Source of the DNA: Escherichia coli
Lineage (GTDB): Bacteria; Pseudomonadota; Gammaproteobacteria; Enterobacterales; Enterobacteriaceae
DNA length: 64,000 nt
Strand: one strand, 5' to 3'
Assembly (NCBI RefSeq): GCF_003790525.1
Contig: NZ_CP033635.1
Positions 32,435 to 44,067 of the stretch are shown here, one piece after another. The notes below the pieces were generated by a model. It saw only the letters and a program-made list of their open reading frames with translations. It was not told the DNA's origin and did no database searches. Numbering within the stretch: position 1 is the stretch's first letter; the number at the start of each line of letters is the position of its first letter. The position numbers were made by a program, and so were the translations under genes.

Positions 32435-33298
32435 TCAGAGCTTTGTTGCGCTGAAATAATGTTCTGGTTTGGCAATACGATCCTGAGCAGCAACCACTTG
32501 CAACTCATATTCCTGCATTGCTTTGGTGGTCACCATGATTTCGTATACTGCAGCGGTCACATGTTCCAGGGCCTCCTGCAGCGTTGCCCCCTGAAGCAGT
32601 TTCACCAGCAGTAAACCGCTCGTCACATCACCAACACCTACCGGCTGGCGCATACCAAAATCCACCAGCGGACGGCTGATATGCCAGGCTTCATCGGCGG
32701 TAACCAGCAGCATTTCAAAACGGTCACGGCTGTAGCCAGCCCGCGCCAGGTGTTTAACCAACACAATTTGTGGCCCTTGCGCAATGAGTTCACGCGCTGC
32801 CAGAACCGCTTCTTCGACGTTATTTACCGGATGCTCACAGAGTATCTCCAGCTCAACCAGATTCGGCGCAATGATATCGCTGGCAGGCAAACCGTGACGC
32901 ACATGAAACTCTGCGACACCCGGTGCAACGATACAGCCTTTTTCCGGATGACCCATTACCGGATCGCAAAAATATTTCGCCTGCGGATTCGCGGCTTTCA
33001 CCTGACGGACGATACCGAGGATATGTTCACCCTGCTCCGCCGATCCCAGATAGCCACTTAATACGGCATCACAGGTGTGTAATTTATCAATGGCGGCAAT
33101 GCCTTGCACTATTTCGGTTAAATGGCTGGGCGGCATCACGCAGCCGGTCCATTTGCCGTATTGGGTGTGATTAGAAAATTGAACGGTGTTCAGCGGCCAG
33201 ACGTTCGCGCCCAGGCGGCGCATCGGAAACTCTGCCGCACTGTTACCCGCATGACCATAAACAACGTGAGACTGGATAGCGAGAATATTTTTCATCAT
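32435..33298 (-). CDS. pdxY: Pyridoxal kinase PdxY
   Basis: 287 aa ribokinase-superfamily pyridoxal kinase; 58 bp downstream of tyrS, same strand. Confidence 0.9.
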   Translation of the reverse strand: MMKNILAIQSHVVYGHAGNSAAEFPMRRLGANVWPLNTVQFSNHTQYGKWTGCVMPPSHLTEIVQGIAAIDKLHTCDAVLSGYLGSAEQGEHILGIVRQVKAANPQAKYFCDPVMGHPEKGCIVAPGVAEFHVRHGLPASDIIAPNLVELEILCEHPVNNVEEAVLAARELIAQGPQIVLVKHLARAGYSRDRFEMLLVTADEAWHISRPLVDFGMRQPVGVGDVTSGLLLVKLLQGATLQEALEHVTAAVYEIMVTTKAMQEYELQVVAAQDRIAKPEHYFSATKL

Positions 33299-33356
33299 GT
33301 TCCCTGTATAAAAACCAGGGGGAGTGATTTCTCACTCCCCCTTTCCACTTAATGCA

Positions 33357-34631
33357 TTATTTCCAGCAAATCAGACAGTAATTCTTTTTGCCGCGACGCA
33401 GTAAGGTAAAACGACCAAACAGACGATCTTCTTCTTTAAAGAAGTATTCAGGATCGGATTGTTTTTCACCGTTAATGGTGATGGCATTGGAGGCGATAGT
33501 TTTACGCGCCTGACCACGAGATGGTTGCAGTTCAGAATCGACCAGCGCCTGCATCAGGTCTGCGCCTTTTTCCATCTCAACCATCGGTACGCCGTCCTGC
33601 GCCAGCTGTTCGAAGTCCGCTTCACTCAGCGCACTCAAGGAACCGCTGAACAGGCATTCGGTAATACGTTTTGCCGCCTGTAAACCTTCTTCACCGTGAA
33701 CCAGACGAGTCACCTGCTCCGCCAGTACATACTGGGCGCGCGGTGCTTTACCGCTGTTTTTATCTTCTTCTTCCAGGGCGTTGATCTCTTCAATGCTCAT
33801 AAAGGTGAAGAACTTCAGGAAGCGGTAAACGTCGGCATCCGCAGTGTTAATCCAGAACTGGTAGAATTTGTACGGGCTGGTTTTCTTCGGATCCAACCAG
33901 ACTGCGCCGCCTTCAGTTTTACCAAATTTGGTGCCGTCTGCTTTGGTGATCAGCGGAACGGTCAAGCCAAACACCTGATTCTGATGCAGACGACGGGTCA
34001 GGTCGATACCAGAAGTGATGTTACCCCACTGGTCAGAACCACCAATTTGCAGCACCACACCGTACTGTTTGTTCAGACAGGCGAAGTCATAACCCTGCAA
34101 CAGGTTGTAGGAAAACTCAGTGAACGAAATCCCCTGATCTTCACGGTTGAGACGCTGCTTAACCGCTTCTTTGTTGATCATCTGGTTAACGGAGAAGTGT
34201 TTGCCAATATCGCGCAGGAAGGTCAGCACATTCATATTGCCGAACCAGTCATAGTTGTTCGCCGCGATAGCAGAGTTTTCTCCACAGTCGAAATCGAGGA
34301 ACGGGGCAACCTGCTTGCGGATTTTGTCCACCCATTCCTGAACAGTTTCTTCGGTGTTCAGCTTACGCTCAGCAGCTTTGAAGCTCGGGTCGCCAATCAG
34401 ACCCGTCGCGCCGCCTACCAGCGCAACCGGCTTGTGGCCCGCCTGCTGGAAGCGTTTCAGGCATAACAATGGAACAAGATGCCCCAAATGCAAGCTGTCA
34501 GCGGTAGGATCGAAGCCGCAATAGAGCGCGATCGGGCCTTGCGCCAGTCGCTCTGCTAACGCTTCCTCGTCCGTCACCTGGGCTACCAGCCCCCGCTCTT
34601 GCAATTGTTTAATCAAGTTACTGCTTGCCAT
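33357..34631 (-). CDS. tyrS: Tyrosine--tRNA ligase
   Basis: 424 aa from [15 protein letters not shown]; class I HIGH motif (HLGH) and KMSKS-type motif (KFGKT); the tracked ORF starts 4 codons upstream. Confidence 0.95.
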
Positions 34632-34759
34632 CAAAATCTCCATGTATATAACGACTGCACCTTTGCCGGTACACGACTTTTCGCCAGATGCGAAAGAGAC
34701 ATAGAATAAAGTGCCAGAATCAGGAGTACCAGCGATTAAAGCAAGATTTTTGCATCTTT

Positions 34760-35416
34760 TCAGGGGGCAAGACGATCAATCTTCCACGCATCATTTTCAC
34801 GCTGGTACAAAAAGCGGTCATGCAGGCGATGCTCACCGCCCTGCCAGAACTCAATCTGTTCAAGGCTGACGCGAAAACCGCCCCAAAAACTCGGCAATGG
34901 CACTTCGCCCTGTTGAAACTTCTGCTTCAGCTCCAGGAATTTACTTTCAAGGATACCGCGGGCAGAAATGCGACTGGACTGCTTCGAAACCCATGCACCA
35001 ATCTGGCTATCACGTGGGCGACTATGAAAATATTTCATCACTTCGAGAGTCGAAAGTCGTTCCGCTTTACCGATCACCATCACCTGGCGCTCAAGGGTAT
35101 GCCACGGGAACAGCAGGCTAACGCGCGGATTATTTTCGATTTGATGTGCTTTACGGCTGCCGAGGTTGGTGTAAAACACCATGCCTTTTTCGTCGTAATG
35201 TTTGAGTAAAACGATGCGCTGATAAGGCTGACCATGTTCATCCACGGTAGCGACCACCATCGCGGTAGGGTCCGCCAGTTTGGCGTCACAAGCCTGAGAG
35301 AGCCAGCGTTCAAAAAGGGTTAATGGATCGGCGGGAAGATCGCGGCGGCGTAACCCGCCTTTGGTGTATTCACGGCGCAGATGCGCGATTTGCTGCAATT
35401 CGTCGTTATCAGACAT
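34760..35416 (-). CDS. pdxH: Pyridoxine/pyridoxamine 5'-phosphate oxidase
   Basis: 218 aa FMN-binding split-barrel oxidase. Confidence 0.95.
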
Positions 35417-35474
35417 GGTTTTCTTTACGGATTGTCAGTGGGTGACGCTATTGTGCGCCGCCCCTGGAAAAATC

Positions 35475-35804
35475 TCAACGCTGTGGATTTTGTAACTGAC
35501 AGTTATTCAAGACGATGCGGTCGCGTTTATAGACAGTCGCTTCCTCGCCTTTCGACCAGAAAACATAGATCCCGTCGGTGTAACGTGCACCAGACGCAGA
35601 AATGCCCTGTTTGAGATGCAATAGTTGATTATCATAAACAAAACTGACTTCCTGGCGCGGATTATTCAGTTTGACCGTCAACGGTTTTTCATCACACTGG
35701 TATTCCAGCGTATCGGTTTGCATGCGCTCAACCAGTTGATTGAACACGCTACAGCCGGTGAGAAGGACCGGCAAACAGATCAGTAACAGTTTTTTCATAG
35801 ACAT
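35475..35804 (-). CDS. mliC: Membrane-bound lysozyme inhibitor of C-type lysozyme (lipoprotein)
   Basis: 109 aa; lipoprotein signal with lipobox LTGC ([18 protein letters not shown]). Confidence 0.9.
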   Translation of the reverse strand: MSMKKLLLICLPVLLTGCSVFNQLVERMQTDTLEYQCDEKPLTVKLNNPRQEVSFVYDNQLLHLKQGISASGARYTDGIYVFWSKGEEATVYKRDRIVLNNCQLQNPQR

Positions 35805-35901
35805 ATCCCGAAGACTTTCCTGGTCTGGAGGGCAATACGCCCTCCCTAACGTTCCAAGTGTAACGGCAGACGCGGTAAGAAAAATTCAGTTAACTCTGAT
35901 A

Positions 35902-37011
35902 TCACAGGTTAGCGGGGAAAATAGCCCCCAGTACCGTCTCCTGGCTTGCGCCAGTGACGGAAGGCAGATTTCCTGGTAATCCCGCCAGCGTTCGCCAGGC
36001 AAGCCAGGCGAAAGCCAATGCTTCCATGTCATCGCCACTAATGCCAACGGCATCGGTGGTGGTGACTTCTGTGCCTGGCAGTAATGCCGCCAGACGCGCC
36101 ATGAGTAGCGGATTACGACTTCCTCCACCACATACCATCAATCGTTCGCAGCCACCGCTCAACAAAACTTGTTCAGAAATGGTCACGGCGGTGAGTTCTG
36201 CCAGTGTCGCCTGTACATCTCGGGGATCAACACCCGGAAAATGGCGCAAATGGCGCTCCAGCCAGCCGTAGTTAAAGTATTCGCGTCCGGTACTTTTCGG
36301 TGCAGGTTGCGAGAAATATGGGTCGCTGAGCATATTTTGCAGCAGTGGGAGAATGACTTTACCCGCCCGTGCCCACTCGGCATCTTTATCGTAAGGTTTA
36401 CCTGCCTGACGCCAGATCCAGGCATCCATCAGCATGTTACCAGGGCCGGTATCGTAGCCCCCTACCGGCTGCCCAGGAATGAGCAGTGACAGATTGGCAA
36501 TGCCACCAATATTGAGCACCATTCGTCGCTCGGTTGGGTGAGCCAGCAGCGCATGATGGAACGCAGGTACCAGCGGTGCGCCTTGTCCTCCCAAGGCAAT
36601 ATCGCGACGGCGAAAATCACCGACAACCGTAATTCCGGTGCGTGCCACAATTTGATTGTTATCGCCAATCTGTAAAGTGTGTGGTGCCACGCCCGTCGGT
36701 TCATGCCAGACGGTTTGACCGTGACAGCCGATCGCAACGATATCTCTCGCCTGCAGGTTTTGTTCCTTAAGCAAGGCATTGACCGCATCAGCAAAAAGTC
36801 GCCCGAGTTGAGTATCAAGCTGTCCAAACTGCGAAAGTGTAAGCTGCTGGCCCTGGCAAATATCCAGTACAGCCTGTTTCAGAGACACCGGGATCGGCCA
36901 GCTCAAACTTGCCAGCTGTGCGACCCGGTGTTCATCAATTGTCGCCAACACAACATCAACACCATCAAGGCTGGTGCCTGACATAACGCCAATAAAGCGA
37001 CCCGATTTCAT
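35902..37011 (-). CDS. anmK: Anhydro-N-acetylmuramic acid kinase
   Basis: 369 aa; ASKHA-fold kinase ([23 protein letters not shown]). Confidence 0.95.
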
Positions 37012-37144
37012 AGTTCATCCTTTTTCAATCTGACGTTTGCGCACCACTCAAACATAAACTTTTCGTGAATACCATGCGGAATGACCGATTTTTATCGTTG
37101 GTAGTAAAACATTATCTTCAAATCAATAATCATCATGAATGTTT

Positions 37145-37161
37145 TGTTTATAATTGGTTGA
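37145..37161 (+). promoter_or_regulatory. Candidate PhoP box (TGTTTA-N5-GGTTGA) in the slyB promoter
   Basis: Direct repeat resembling the PhoP box (T/G)GTTTA-N5-(T/G)GTTTA about 125 bp upstream of slyB, a known PhoP-activated gene; second half-site deviates. Confidence 0.4.
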
Positions 37162-37284
37162 TCCTACTTTCATTATGATTTGCTCATATTTGGTAGAACA
37201 TGTAACCATGGATTCACATATGCCATATACTTTGACCATGAGGGATGCTTGCGTGGCGTTTCATGGTGAACAGGAGATTTTTCA

Positions 37285-37752
37285 ATGATTAAACGCGTAT
37301 TGGTTGTTTCAATGGTAGGTCTGTCTCTTGTCGGTTGTGTTAATAACGACACCCTGTCAGGGGATGTTTATACCGCTTCTGAAGCGAAACAAGTACAGAA
37401 TGTCAGCTATGGCACCATCGTTAACGTACGTCCGGTACAGATTCAGGGCGGTGATGATTCCAACGTTATCGGCGCAATTGGCGGTGCTGTTCTTGGTGGT
37501 TTCCTGGGAAATACTGTTGGCGGCGGAACCGGGCGTTCTCTGGCTACTGCAGCAGGCGCTGTTGCAGGTGGCGTAGCCGGTCAGGGCGTACAGAGTGCAA
37601 TGAACAAAACGCAGGGTGTCGAGCTGGAAATTCGTAAAGACGATGGTAATACCATCATGGTGGTACAGAAACAAGGCAACACTCGTTTCTCTCCGGGCCA
37701 ACGTGTCGTACTGGCCAGCAATGGCAGTCAGGTGACCGTTTCCCCGCGCTAA
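37285..37752 (+). CDS. slyB: Outer-membrane lipoprotein SlyB (glycine-zipper)
   Basis: 155 aa; lipobox LVGC and Gly-rich glycine-zipper segment. Confidence 0.95.
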   Translation: MIKRVLVVSMVGLSLVGCVNNDTLSGDVYTASEAKQVQNVSYGTIVNVRPVQIQGGDDSNVIGAIGGAVLGGFLGNTVGGGTGRSLATAAGAVAGGVAGQGVQSAMNKTQGVELEIRKDDGNTIMVVQKQGNTRFSPGQRVVLASNGSQVTVSPR

Positions 37753-37798
37753 ATAAGTTTGCGTGTGGTCAGGTTACTGACCACACGCCCCCTTCATT

Positions 37799-38233
37799 TC
37801 ACCCTTTGGCCTGTAACTCAATGATATTATGCTCAAGTTTTGCGATGAGCTTAATCAGTTGTTCCAGTTCCTCTGCGGAGATGCCATGTAAAATTTCCGC
37901 GCGGGTTTTGTTAATAACAGCTTCCATTTCGCTGATCAGTGGCTCTGCCTTTTCCGTCAGTTTAATACGTTTAGCCCGACGATCGCTGGCACAAGTTTGA
38001 CGCGAAATTAACCCTTTTTCTTCCAGTTGGTCCAGAGTACGGACCAGTGATGGCTGCTCGATGCCAATCGCTTTTGCCAGTTGAATTTGCGACTGGTCTG
38101 GAGGTAACTGATGGATATTGTGTAACGTAACCCAATGGGTTTGTGTTAACTCCAGCGGTTTCAGGCGATGGTCTATCAGAGCACGCCATATGCGCACCAA
38201 CCGTGCCAGATCAGAACCTAGTGGCGATTCCAA
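37799..38233 (-). CDS. slyA: MarR-family transcriptional regulator SlyA
   Basis: 144 aa if initiated at the TTG ([13 protein letters not shown]...), which is my recollection of the E. coli start; the tracked ORF extends 2 codons further, to 38239. Confidence 0.85.
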
Positions 38234-38249
38234 TTTCATCTCCTTATAA

Positions 38250-38261
38250 TTAGCTTGCTAA
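38250..38261. promoter_or_regulatory. SlyA-box palindrome TTAGCTTGCTAA
   Basis: Exact reverse complement of the SlyA consensus TTAGCAAGCTAA; 11-17 bp upstream of the slyA start, in the slyA-ydhI divergent region. Confidence 0.7.
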
Positions 38262-38433
38262 GATATTATGCGGCTTTTAGAATAGTGTGCAGCAATTGTA
38301 TTGCTAAAACAAATGTATTGCTGCATTTGGTTACCGTCAGACATATTTTTCAGAAATTGCGCGTAAATTTTTCGCACTTAAAGAATATTTATTAATCTAA
38401 CGCAATATATTCGGTCGTAAAGGAATCTACTTT

Positions 38434-38670
38434 GTGAAGTTTATGCTCAATGCAACAGGATTGCCCTTACAAGATCTGGTGTTCGGTGCGTCCGTCTACT
38501 TTCCTCCGTTTTTCAAAGCCTTCGCGTTTGGATTCGTCATCTGGCTTGTCGTACACCGCCTGCTTCGTGGCTGGATCTACGCTGGTGACATCTGGCATCC
38601 CTTGTTAATGGATTTATCGCTGTTTGCGATTTGCGTTTGCCTTGCCCTGGCAATACTGATTGCGTGGTAA
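38434..38670 (+). CDS. ydhI: Small inner-membrane protein YdhI (DUF1656; AaeX paralogue)
   Basis: 78 aa; GTG start with an AAGGA Shine-Dalgarno sequence; two predicted transmembrane helices. Confidence 0.8.
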
Positions 38671-38672
38671 CT

Positions 38673-39530
38673 ATGTCAATTAAAACAATTAAGTATTTCT
38701 CAACAATCATTGTAGCGGTAGTTGCGGTTCTTGCCGGATGGTGGCTGTGGAATTATTACATGCAATCTCCGTGGACACGCGACGGGAAAATACGCGCAGA
38801 ACAGGTTTCTATCACCCCTCAGGTGTCGGGACGTATTGTTGAGCTGAATATAAAAGACAACCAGCTGGTTAACGCGGGGGATCTTCTGCTCACGATCGAT
38901 AAAACGCCCTTTAAGATCGCCGAGCTGAACGCACAGGCTCAGCTGGCGAAAGCGCAATCTGACCTCGCAAAAGCCAATAACGAAGCGAATCGTCGTCGTC
39001 ATCTCTCACAAAATTTTATTTCTGCCGAAGAACTCGATACCGCTAACCTCAATGTTAAAGCGATGCAGGCCAGTGTTGATGCCGCACAGGCGACGCTGAA
39101 ACAGGCACAATGGCAACTGGCGCAAACGGAAATTCGCGCCCCGGTGAGTGGATGGGTGACTAACCTCACTACCCGCATCGGCGATTACGCTGACACAGGG
39201 AAACCGCTGTTTGCCCTTGTCGACAGCCACTCGTTTTACGTCATTGGTTATTTTGAAGAAACCAAGTTGCGCCATATCCGCGAAGGTGCACCAGCACAAA
39301 TTACCCTCTATAGTGATAACAAAACGTTACAGGGTCACGTTTCCAGTATCGGTCGGGCGATTTATGATCAGAGCGTTGAAAGTGACTCAAGCCTTATTCC
39401 GGATGTGAAACCTAACGTCCCCTGGGTTCGACTCGCCCAACGCGTTCCCGTCCGCTTTGCGCTGGATAAAGTCCCAGGCGATGTCACGCTGGTGTCGGGC
39501 ACCACCTGTAGCATTGCCGTAGGTCAATAA
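38673..39530 (+). CDS. ydhJ: HlyD-family membrane-fusion (periplasmic adaptor) protein YdhJ
   Basis: 285 aa from [10 protein letters not shown]-terminal anchor, coiled-coil, lipoyl/beta-barrel-like regions; AaeA paralogue. Confidence 0.85.
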   Translation: MSIKTIKYFSTIIVAVVAVLAGWWLWNYYMQSPWTRDGKIRAEQVSITPQVSGRIVELNIKDNQLVNAGDLLLTIDKTPFKIAELNAQAQLAKAQSDLAKANNEANRRRHLSQNFISAEELDTANLNVKAMQASVDAAQATLKQAQWQLAQTEIRAPVSGWVTNLTTRIGDYADTGKPLFALVDSHSFYVIGYFEETKLRHIREGAPAQITLYSDNKTLQGHVSSIGRAIYDQSVESDSSLIPDVKPNVPWVRLAQRVPVRFALDKVPGDVTLVSGTTCSIAVGQ

Positions 39531-41542
39531 TGAACGCATCGTCATGGTCCTTGCGCAATTTGCCCTGGTTCAGGGCCACGCTGGCGCAATGGCGTTATGC
39601 GTTACGCAATACCATTGCCATGTGTCTGGCGCTGACGGTTGCCTATTATTTAAATCTGGATGAACCCTATTGGGCGATGACCTCGGCTGCCGTGGTTAGC
39701 TTTCCCACCGTGGGCGGTGTCATCAGCAAAAGCCTCGGACGCATCGCTGGCAGTTTGCTCGGAGCCATTGCGGCACTGCTTCTTGCCGGACATACACTTA
39801 ATGAGCCGTGGTTTTTTCTTTTGAGCATGGCGGCGTGGCTTGGCTTTTGTACCTGGGCCTGTGCGCACTTCACGAATAATGTCGCGTATGCATTTCAACT
39901 GGCGGGCTACACGGCTGCCATCATCGCCTTTCCGATGGTTAATATTACTGAGGCCAGCCAGCTGTGGGATATCGCTCAGGCGCGCGTTTGCGAGGTGATT
40001 GTCGGTATTTTGTGCGGCGGCATGATGATGATGATCCTGCCGAGCAATTCCGATGCTACAGCCCTTTTAACCGCATTGAAAAACATGCACGCCCGATTGC
40101 TGGAACATGCCAGTTTACTCTGGCAGCCTGAAACAACCGATGCCATTCGTGCAGCACATGAAGGGGTGATTGGGCAGATACTGACCATGAATTTGCTCCG
40201 TATCCAGGCTTTCTGGAGCCACTATCGTTTTCGCCAGCAAAACGCACGCCTTAATGCGCTGCTCCACCAGCAATTACGTATGACCAGTGTCATCTCCAGC
40301 CTGCGACGTATGTTGCTCAACTGGCCCTCACCGCCAGGTGCCACACGAGAAATTCTCGAACAGCTGCTGACGGCGCTCGCCAGTTCGCAAACAGATGTTT
40401 ACACCGTCGCACGTATTATCGCCCCGCTACGCCCGACCAACGTCGCCGACTATCGGCACGTCGCCTTCTGGCAGCGACTACGTTATTTTTGCCGACTTTA
40501 TCTGCAAAGTAGTCAGGAATTACATCGTCTGCAAAGCGGTGTAGATGATCATACCAGACTCCCACGGACATCCGGCCTGGCTCGTCATACCGATAACGCC
40601 GAAGCTATGTGGAGCGGGCTGCGTACATTTTGTACGTTGATGATGATTGGCACATGGAGTATTGCTTCGCAATGGGATGCCGGTGCCAATGCATTAACGC
40701 TGGCAGCGATTAGCTGCGTACTCTACTCCGCCGTCGCAGCTCCGTTTAAGTCGTTGTCACTGCTGATGCGTACGCTGGTGTTACTTTCGCTATTCAGCTT
40801 TGTGGTCAAATTTGGCCTGATGGTCCAGATTAGCGATCTGTGGCAATTTTTACTGTTTCTCTTTCCACTGCTGGCGACGATGCAGCTTCTTAAATTGCAG
40901 ATGCCCAAATTTGCCGCACTGTGGGGGCAACTGATTGTTTTTATGGGTTCGTTTATCGCTGTCACTAATCCCCCGGTGTATGATTTTGCTGATTTTCTTA
41001 ACGATAATCTGGCAAAAATCGTTGGCGTTGCGCTGGCGTGGTTAGCGTTCGCCATTCTGCGTCCAGGATCGGATGCTCGTAAAAGTCGCCGTCATATTCG
41101 CGCGCTGCGCCGGGATTTTGTCGATCAACTAAGCCGCCATCCATCACTGAGTGAAAGCGAATTTGAATCGCTCACTTATCATCACGTCAGTCAGTTGAGT
41201 AACAGCCAGGATGCGATGGCTCGCCGTTGGTTATTACGCTGGGGTGTAGTGCTGCTGAACTGTTCTCATGTTGTCTGGCAATTGCGCGACTGGGAATCGC
41301 GTTCCGATCCGTTATCGCGAGTACGGGATAACTGTATTTCACTGTTGCGCGGAGTGATGAGTGAGCGTGGCGTTCAGCAAAAATCACTGGCGGCCACACT
41401 TGAAGAATTACAGCGAATTTGCGACAGCCTTGCCCGTCATCATCAACCTGCCGCCCGTGAGCTGGCGGCAATTGTCTGGCGGCTGTACTGCTCGCTTTCG
41501 CAACTTGAGCAAGCACCGCCGCAAGGTACGCTGGCCTCTTAA
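39530..41542 (+). CDS. ydhK: FUSC/AaeB-family putative efflux transporter YdhK
   Basis: 670 aa with two hydrophobic domains separated by a cytoplasmic region; start overlaps the ydhJ stop. Confidence 0.85.
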   Translation: MNASSWSLRNLPWFRATLAQWRYALRNTIAMCLALTVAYYLNLDEPYWAMTSAAVVSFPTVGGVISKSLGRIAGSLLGAIAALLLAGHTLNEPWFFLLSMAAWLGFCTWACAHFTNNVAYAFQLAGYTAAIIAFPMVNITEASQLWDIAQARVCEVIVGILCGGMMMMILPSNSDATALLTALKNMHARLLEHASLLWQPETTDAIRAAHEGVIGQILTMNLLRIQAFWSHYRFRQQNARLNALLHQQLRMTSVISSLRRMLLNWPSPPGATREILEQLLTALASSQTDVYTVARIIAPLRPTNVADYRHVAFWQRLRYFCRLYLQSSQELHRLQSGVDDHTRLPRTSGLARHTDNAEAMWSGLRTFCTLMMIGTWSIASQWDAGANALTLAAISCVLYSAVAAPFKSLSLLMRTLVLLSLFSFVVKFGLMVQISDLWQFLLFLFPLLATMQLLKLQMPKFAALWGQLIVFMGSFIAVTNPPVYDFADFLNDNLAKIVGVALAWLAFAILRPGSDARKSRRHIRALRRDFVDQLSRHPSLSESEFESLTYHHVSQLSNSQDAMARRWLLRWGVVLLNCSHVVWQLRDWESRSDPLSRVRDNCISLLRGVMSERGVQQKSLAATLEELQRICDSLARHHQPAARELAAIVWRLYCSLSQLEQAPPQGTLAS

Positions 41543-42064
41543 TTACTTAATTACACCACAGGCATAGCGTTCACCGCCACCGCCCAGCGGTTTAGGTTGA
41601 TCGGACATATTATCGCCGCCAACGTGGACCATCAGTGCTTTGTCTTTGACTTCATCCAGTGATTTCAGACGAGGCGCGATGACGGCATCGGTAGCTTTGC
41701 CGTCATTATTGACGACCAGTGCAGGCAGATCGCCTAAATGCCCGGCACCTTCTGGCCCTTCATGTTTACCGGTATTTTGTGGATCAAGATGCCCGCCTGC
41801 GGATTCCGCGGCGCTGGCTTTGCCATCTTTGGTGGCTGGCTGGCAGCTTCCTTTGGCATGAATATGGAAGCCATGTTCACCGGGGGGTAATGCTTTCAGG
41901 TCGGGCGAAAACTCCAGACCTTTATCGGTTTCAGTAATGGTGACGCTACCAATTGACTGCCCAACCCCTTGCGACGTGACGAGGTTCATCTCGACTTTTT
42001 CACTGGCAGCTTGTGCGCCGGTCGCAACAACCAGCGCCAGAATGGCCAGACTAAAACGTTTCAT
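41543..42064 (-). CDS. sodC: Periplasmic Cu,Zn superoxide dismutase
   Basis: 173 aa from MKRFSLAILALVVATGAQA (signal peptide) with a GGAGG Shine-Dalgarno sequence; Cu/Zn-binding His motifs. Confidence 0.95.
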   Translation of the reverse strand: MKRFSLAILALVVATGAQAASEKVEMNLVTSQGVGQSIGSVTITETDKGLEFSPDLKALPPGEHGFHIHAKGSCQPATKDGKASAAESAGGHLDPQNTGKHEGPEGAGHLGDLPALVVNNDGKATDAVIAPRLKSLDEVKDKALMVHVGGDNMSDQPKPLGGGGERYACGVIK

Positions 42065-42144
42065 AGGACCTCCGTTCATTGTGCATTCCTGAATAAGTGT
42101 AAACCAGTGACACATTTTTGAACGGCGGCTATTCCTAAAAGTGC

Positions 42145-43041
42145 TTACGGTACGTCGTAACCCAATGCCGCTTTACGGATACGGAACCATTGTTGACGGG
42201 TCATTTTCAGTGTTTCAGCTTCGACAGCTGCCCGTACGCGCTCAATTTTACCTGAGCCGATAATTGGCAGCGGCTGCGACGGTAAACGTAATACCCAGGC
42301 GTAAACCACCTGTTCAATCGAGCCCGCGTTTAACTCCTCCGCCACCACAGCCAGTTCATCACGCAGCGGCTGGAAATAATCATCATTAAACAGACGACCA
42401 CCACCAAGGCAGGACCACGCCATCGGACGAACACGCAGTTGTTGCAGTTGGTCGAGCGTGCCATCCAGCAGTAACGGCTGATGCACCGGGGATATTTCCA
42501 CCTGATTAGTGGCAAGGGTAAACGGCAGGCGTGATTGCAACAGGGCAAATTGCGCGGGCGTGAAGTTGGATACGCCAAAATGGCGCACTTTGCCGCTCTG
42601 ATGCAGATGTTTAAACGCGTCCGCCACTTCATCGGCATCCATTAACGGGTCTGGTCGGTGGATTAACAGCAGATCCAGATGATCGGTCGCGAGATTAATT
42701 AGCGACTGTTCGGCGCTCTTAATGATGTGATCGCGGTCAGTGATGTAATGACCAATGACGTTTTCTTCACGCGCGGTCGTCGCGATACCGCATTTACTGA
42801 CGATTTCCATCCGTTCACGCAGGTGAGGTGCCAGTTTCAGCGCCTCGCCAAACGCCGCTTCGCACTGATAGCCACCATAAATATCAGCATGGTCCACGGT
42901 GGTCACGCCGAGATCCAGATGCTCTTCAATAAAACTGACCAGCTGGCGGGCGGACATATTCCAGTCCATCAATCGCCAGTAGCCCATCACAAAACGGGAA
43001 AACTCCGGGCCTTGCGGCGCAATAGTAATACGCTGAACCAT
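42145..43041 (-). CDS. ydhF: Aldo-keto reductase family oxidoreductase YdhF
   Basis: 298 aa; AKR fold. Confidence 0.85.
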   Translation of the reverse strand: MVQRITIAPQGPEFSRFVMGYWRLMDWNMSARQLVSFIEEHLDLGVTTVDHADIYGGYQCEAAFGEALKLAPHLRERMEIVSKCGIATTAREENVIGHYITDRDHIIKSAEQSLINLATDHLDLLLIHRPDPLMDADEVADAFKHLHQSGKVRHFGVSNFTPAQFALLQSRLPFTLATNQVEISPVHQPLLLDGTLDQLQQLRVRPMAWSCLGGGRLFNDDYFQPLRDELAVVAEELNAGSIEQVVYAWVLRLPSQPLPIIGSGKIERVRAAVEAETLKMTRQQWFRIRKAALGYDVP

Positions 43042-43089
43042 AATCGCTTCCTCTTATCAGATATGAGAGGAGTATACGCAAGATTAGGC

Positions 43090-43329
43090 TCAAAAGAGTG
43101 ATGGTTGCTCCGGTTCATCTGATGACGCCGGCTTATTTGCACGTAATTTGCGCATTAATCGCTGCCGACAAAGGCGCAGTACCTCTTGTTTTTCGCCATC
43201 GCTCATTTTATTCCAGTTAAAACGCTCATCCCGACTGCGAAAGCAGCCGCGACAAAATCCGCGTTCGTCAGACTGGCAAATTCCCCGGCACGGGCTCTGG
43301 ACGGGAAAGAACTCTAATTGCTCCGCCAC
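43090..43329 (-). CDS. ydhL: Cys-rich DUF1289 protein YdhL
   Basis: 79 aa from a GTG at 43329 preceded by a strong GAGGAGG Shine-Dalgarno sequence; CRGIC...CRGC motif; the tracked 136-aa ORF is an upstream extension. Confidence 0.75.
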   Translation of the reverse strand: MAEQLEFFPVQSPCRGICQSDERGFCRGCFRSRDERFNWNKMSDGEKQEVLRLCRQRLMRKLRANKPASSDEPEQPSLF

Positions 43330-43401
43330 TTCGCCCTCCTCAGATAAGATTATTACCACTATTGAAGCTGTTAATGCCCAAAGTAGCAACTTTGCTTGCA
43401 C

Positions 43402-43417
43402 TAGACCGACTGGTCTA
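43402..43417. promoter_or_regulatory. NemR box: perfect 16-bp palindrome TAGACCGACTGGTCTA
   Basis: Perfect palindrome 15 bp upstream of the nemR start codon, in the ydhL-nemR divergent region. Confidence 0.8.
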
Positions 43418-43431
43418 CTACACTCCAACGC

Positions 43432-44031
43432 ATGAACAAACACACCGAACATGATACTCGCGAACATCTCCTGGCGACGGGCGAGCAACTTTGCCTGCAA
43501 CGTGGATTCACCGGGATGGGGCTAAGCGAACTCCTAAAAACTGCTGAAGTGCCGAAAGGGTCCTTCTATCACTACTTTCGCTCTAAAGAAGCGTTTGGCG
43601 TTGCCATGCTTGAGCGCCATTACGCCGCATATCACCAGCGACTGACTGAGTTGCTGCAATCCGGCGAAGGTAACTACCGCGACCGCATACTGGCTTATTA
43701 CCAGCAAACACTGAACCAGTTTTGCCAACATGGAACCATCAGTGGTTGCCTGACAGTAAAACTCTCTGCCGAAGTGTGCGATCTGTCAGAAGATATGCGT
43801 AGCGCGATGGATAAAGGCGCTCGCGGCGTGATCGCCCTGCTCTCGCAGGCGCTGGAAAATGGCCGTGATAGCCATTGTTTAACCTTTTGTGGCGAACCGC
43901 TGCAACAGGCACAAGTGCTTTACGCACTGTGGCTGGGTGCGAATCTGCAGGCCAAAATTTCGCGCAATTACGAGCCACTGGAAAACGCGCTGGCACATGT
44001 AAAAACCATTATTGCGACGCCTGCCGTTTAG
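43432..44031 (+). CDS. nemR: TetR-family electrophile-sensing repressor NemR
   Basis: 199 aa TetR family; first gene of nemR-nemA-gloA. Confidence 0.95.
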   Translation: MNKHTEHDTREHLLATGEQLCLQRGFTGMGLSELLKTAEVPKGSFYHYFRSKEAFGVAMLERHYAAYHQRLTELLQSGEGNYRDRILAYYQQTLNQFCQHGTISGCLTVKLSAEVCDLSEDMRSAMDKGARGVIALLSQALENGRDSHCLTFCGEPLQQAQVLYALWLGANLQAKISRNYEPLENALAHVKTIIATPAV

Positions 44032-44067
44032 CAGGCATTTTTTATCACCAGACGACCGGGAGCCTTT

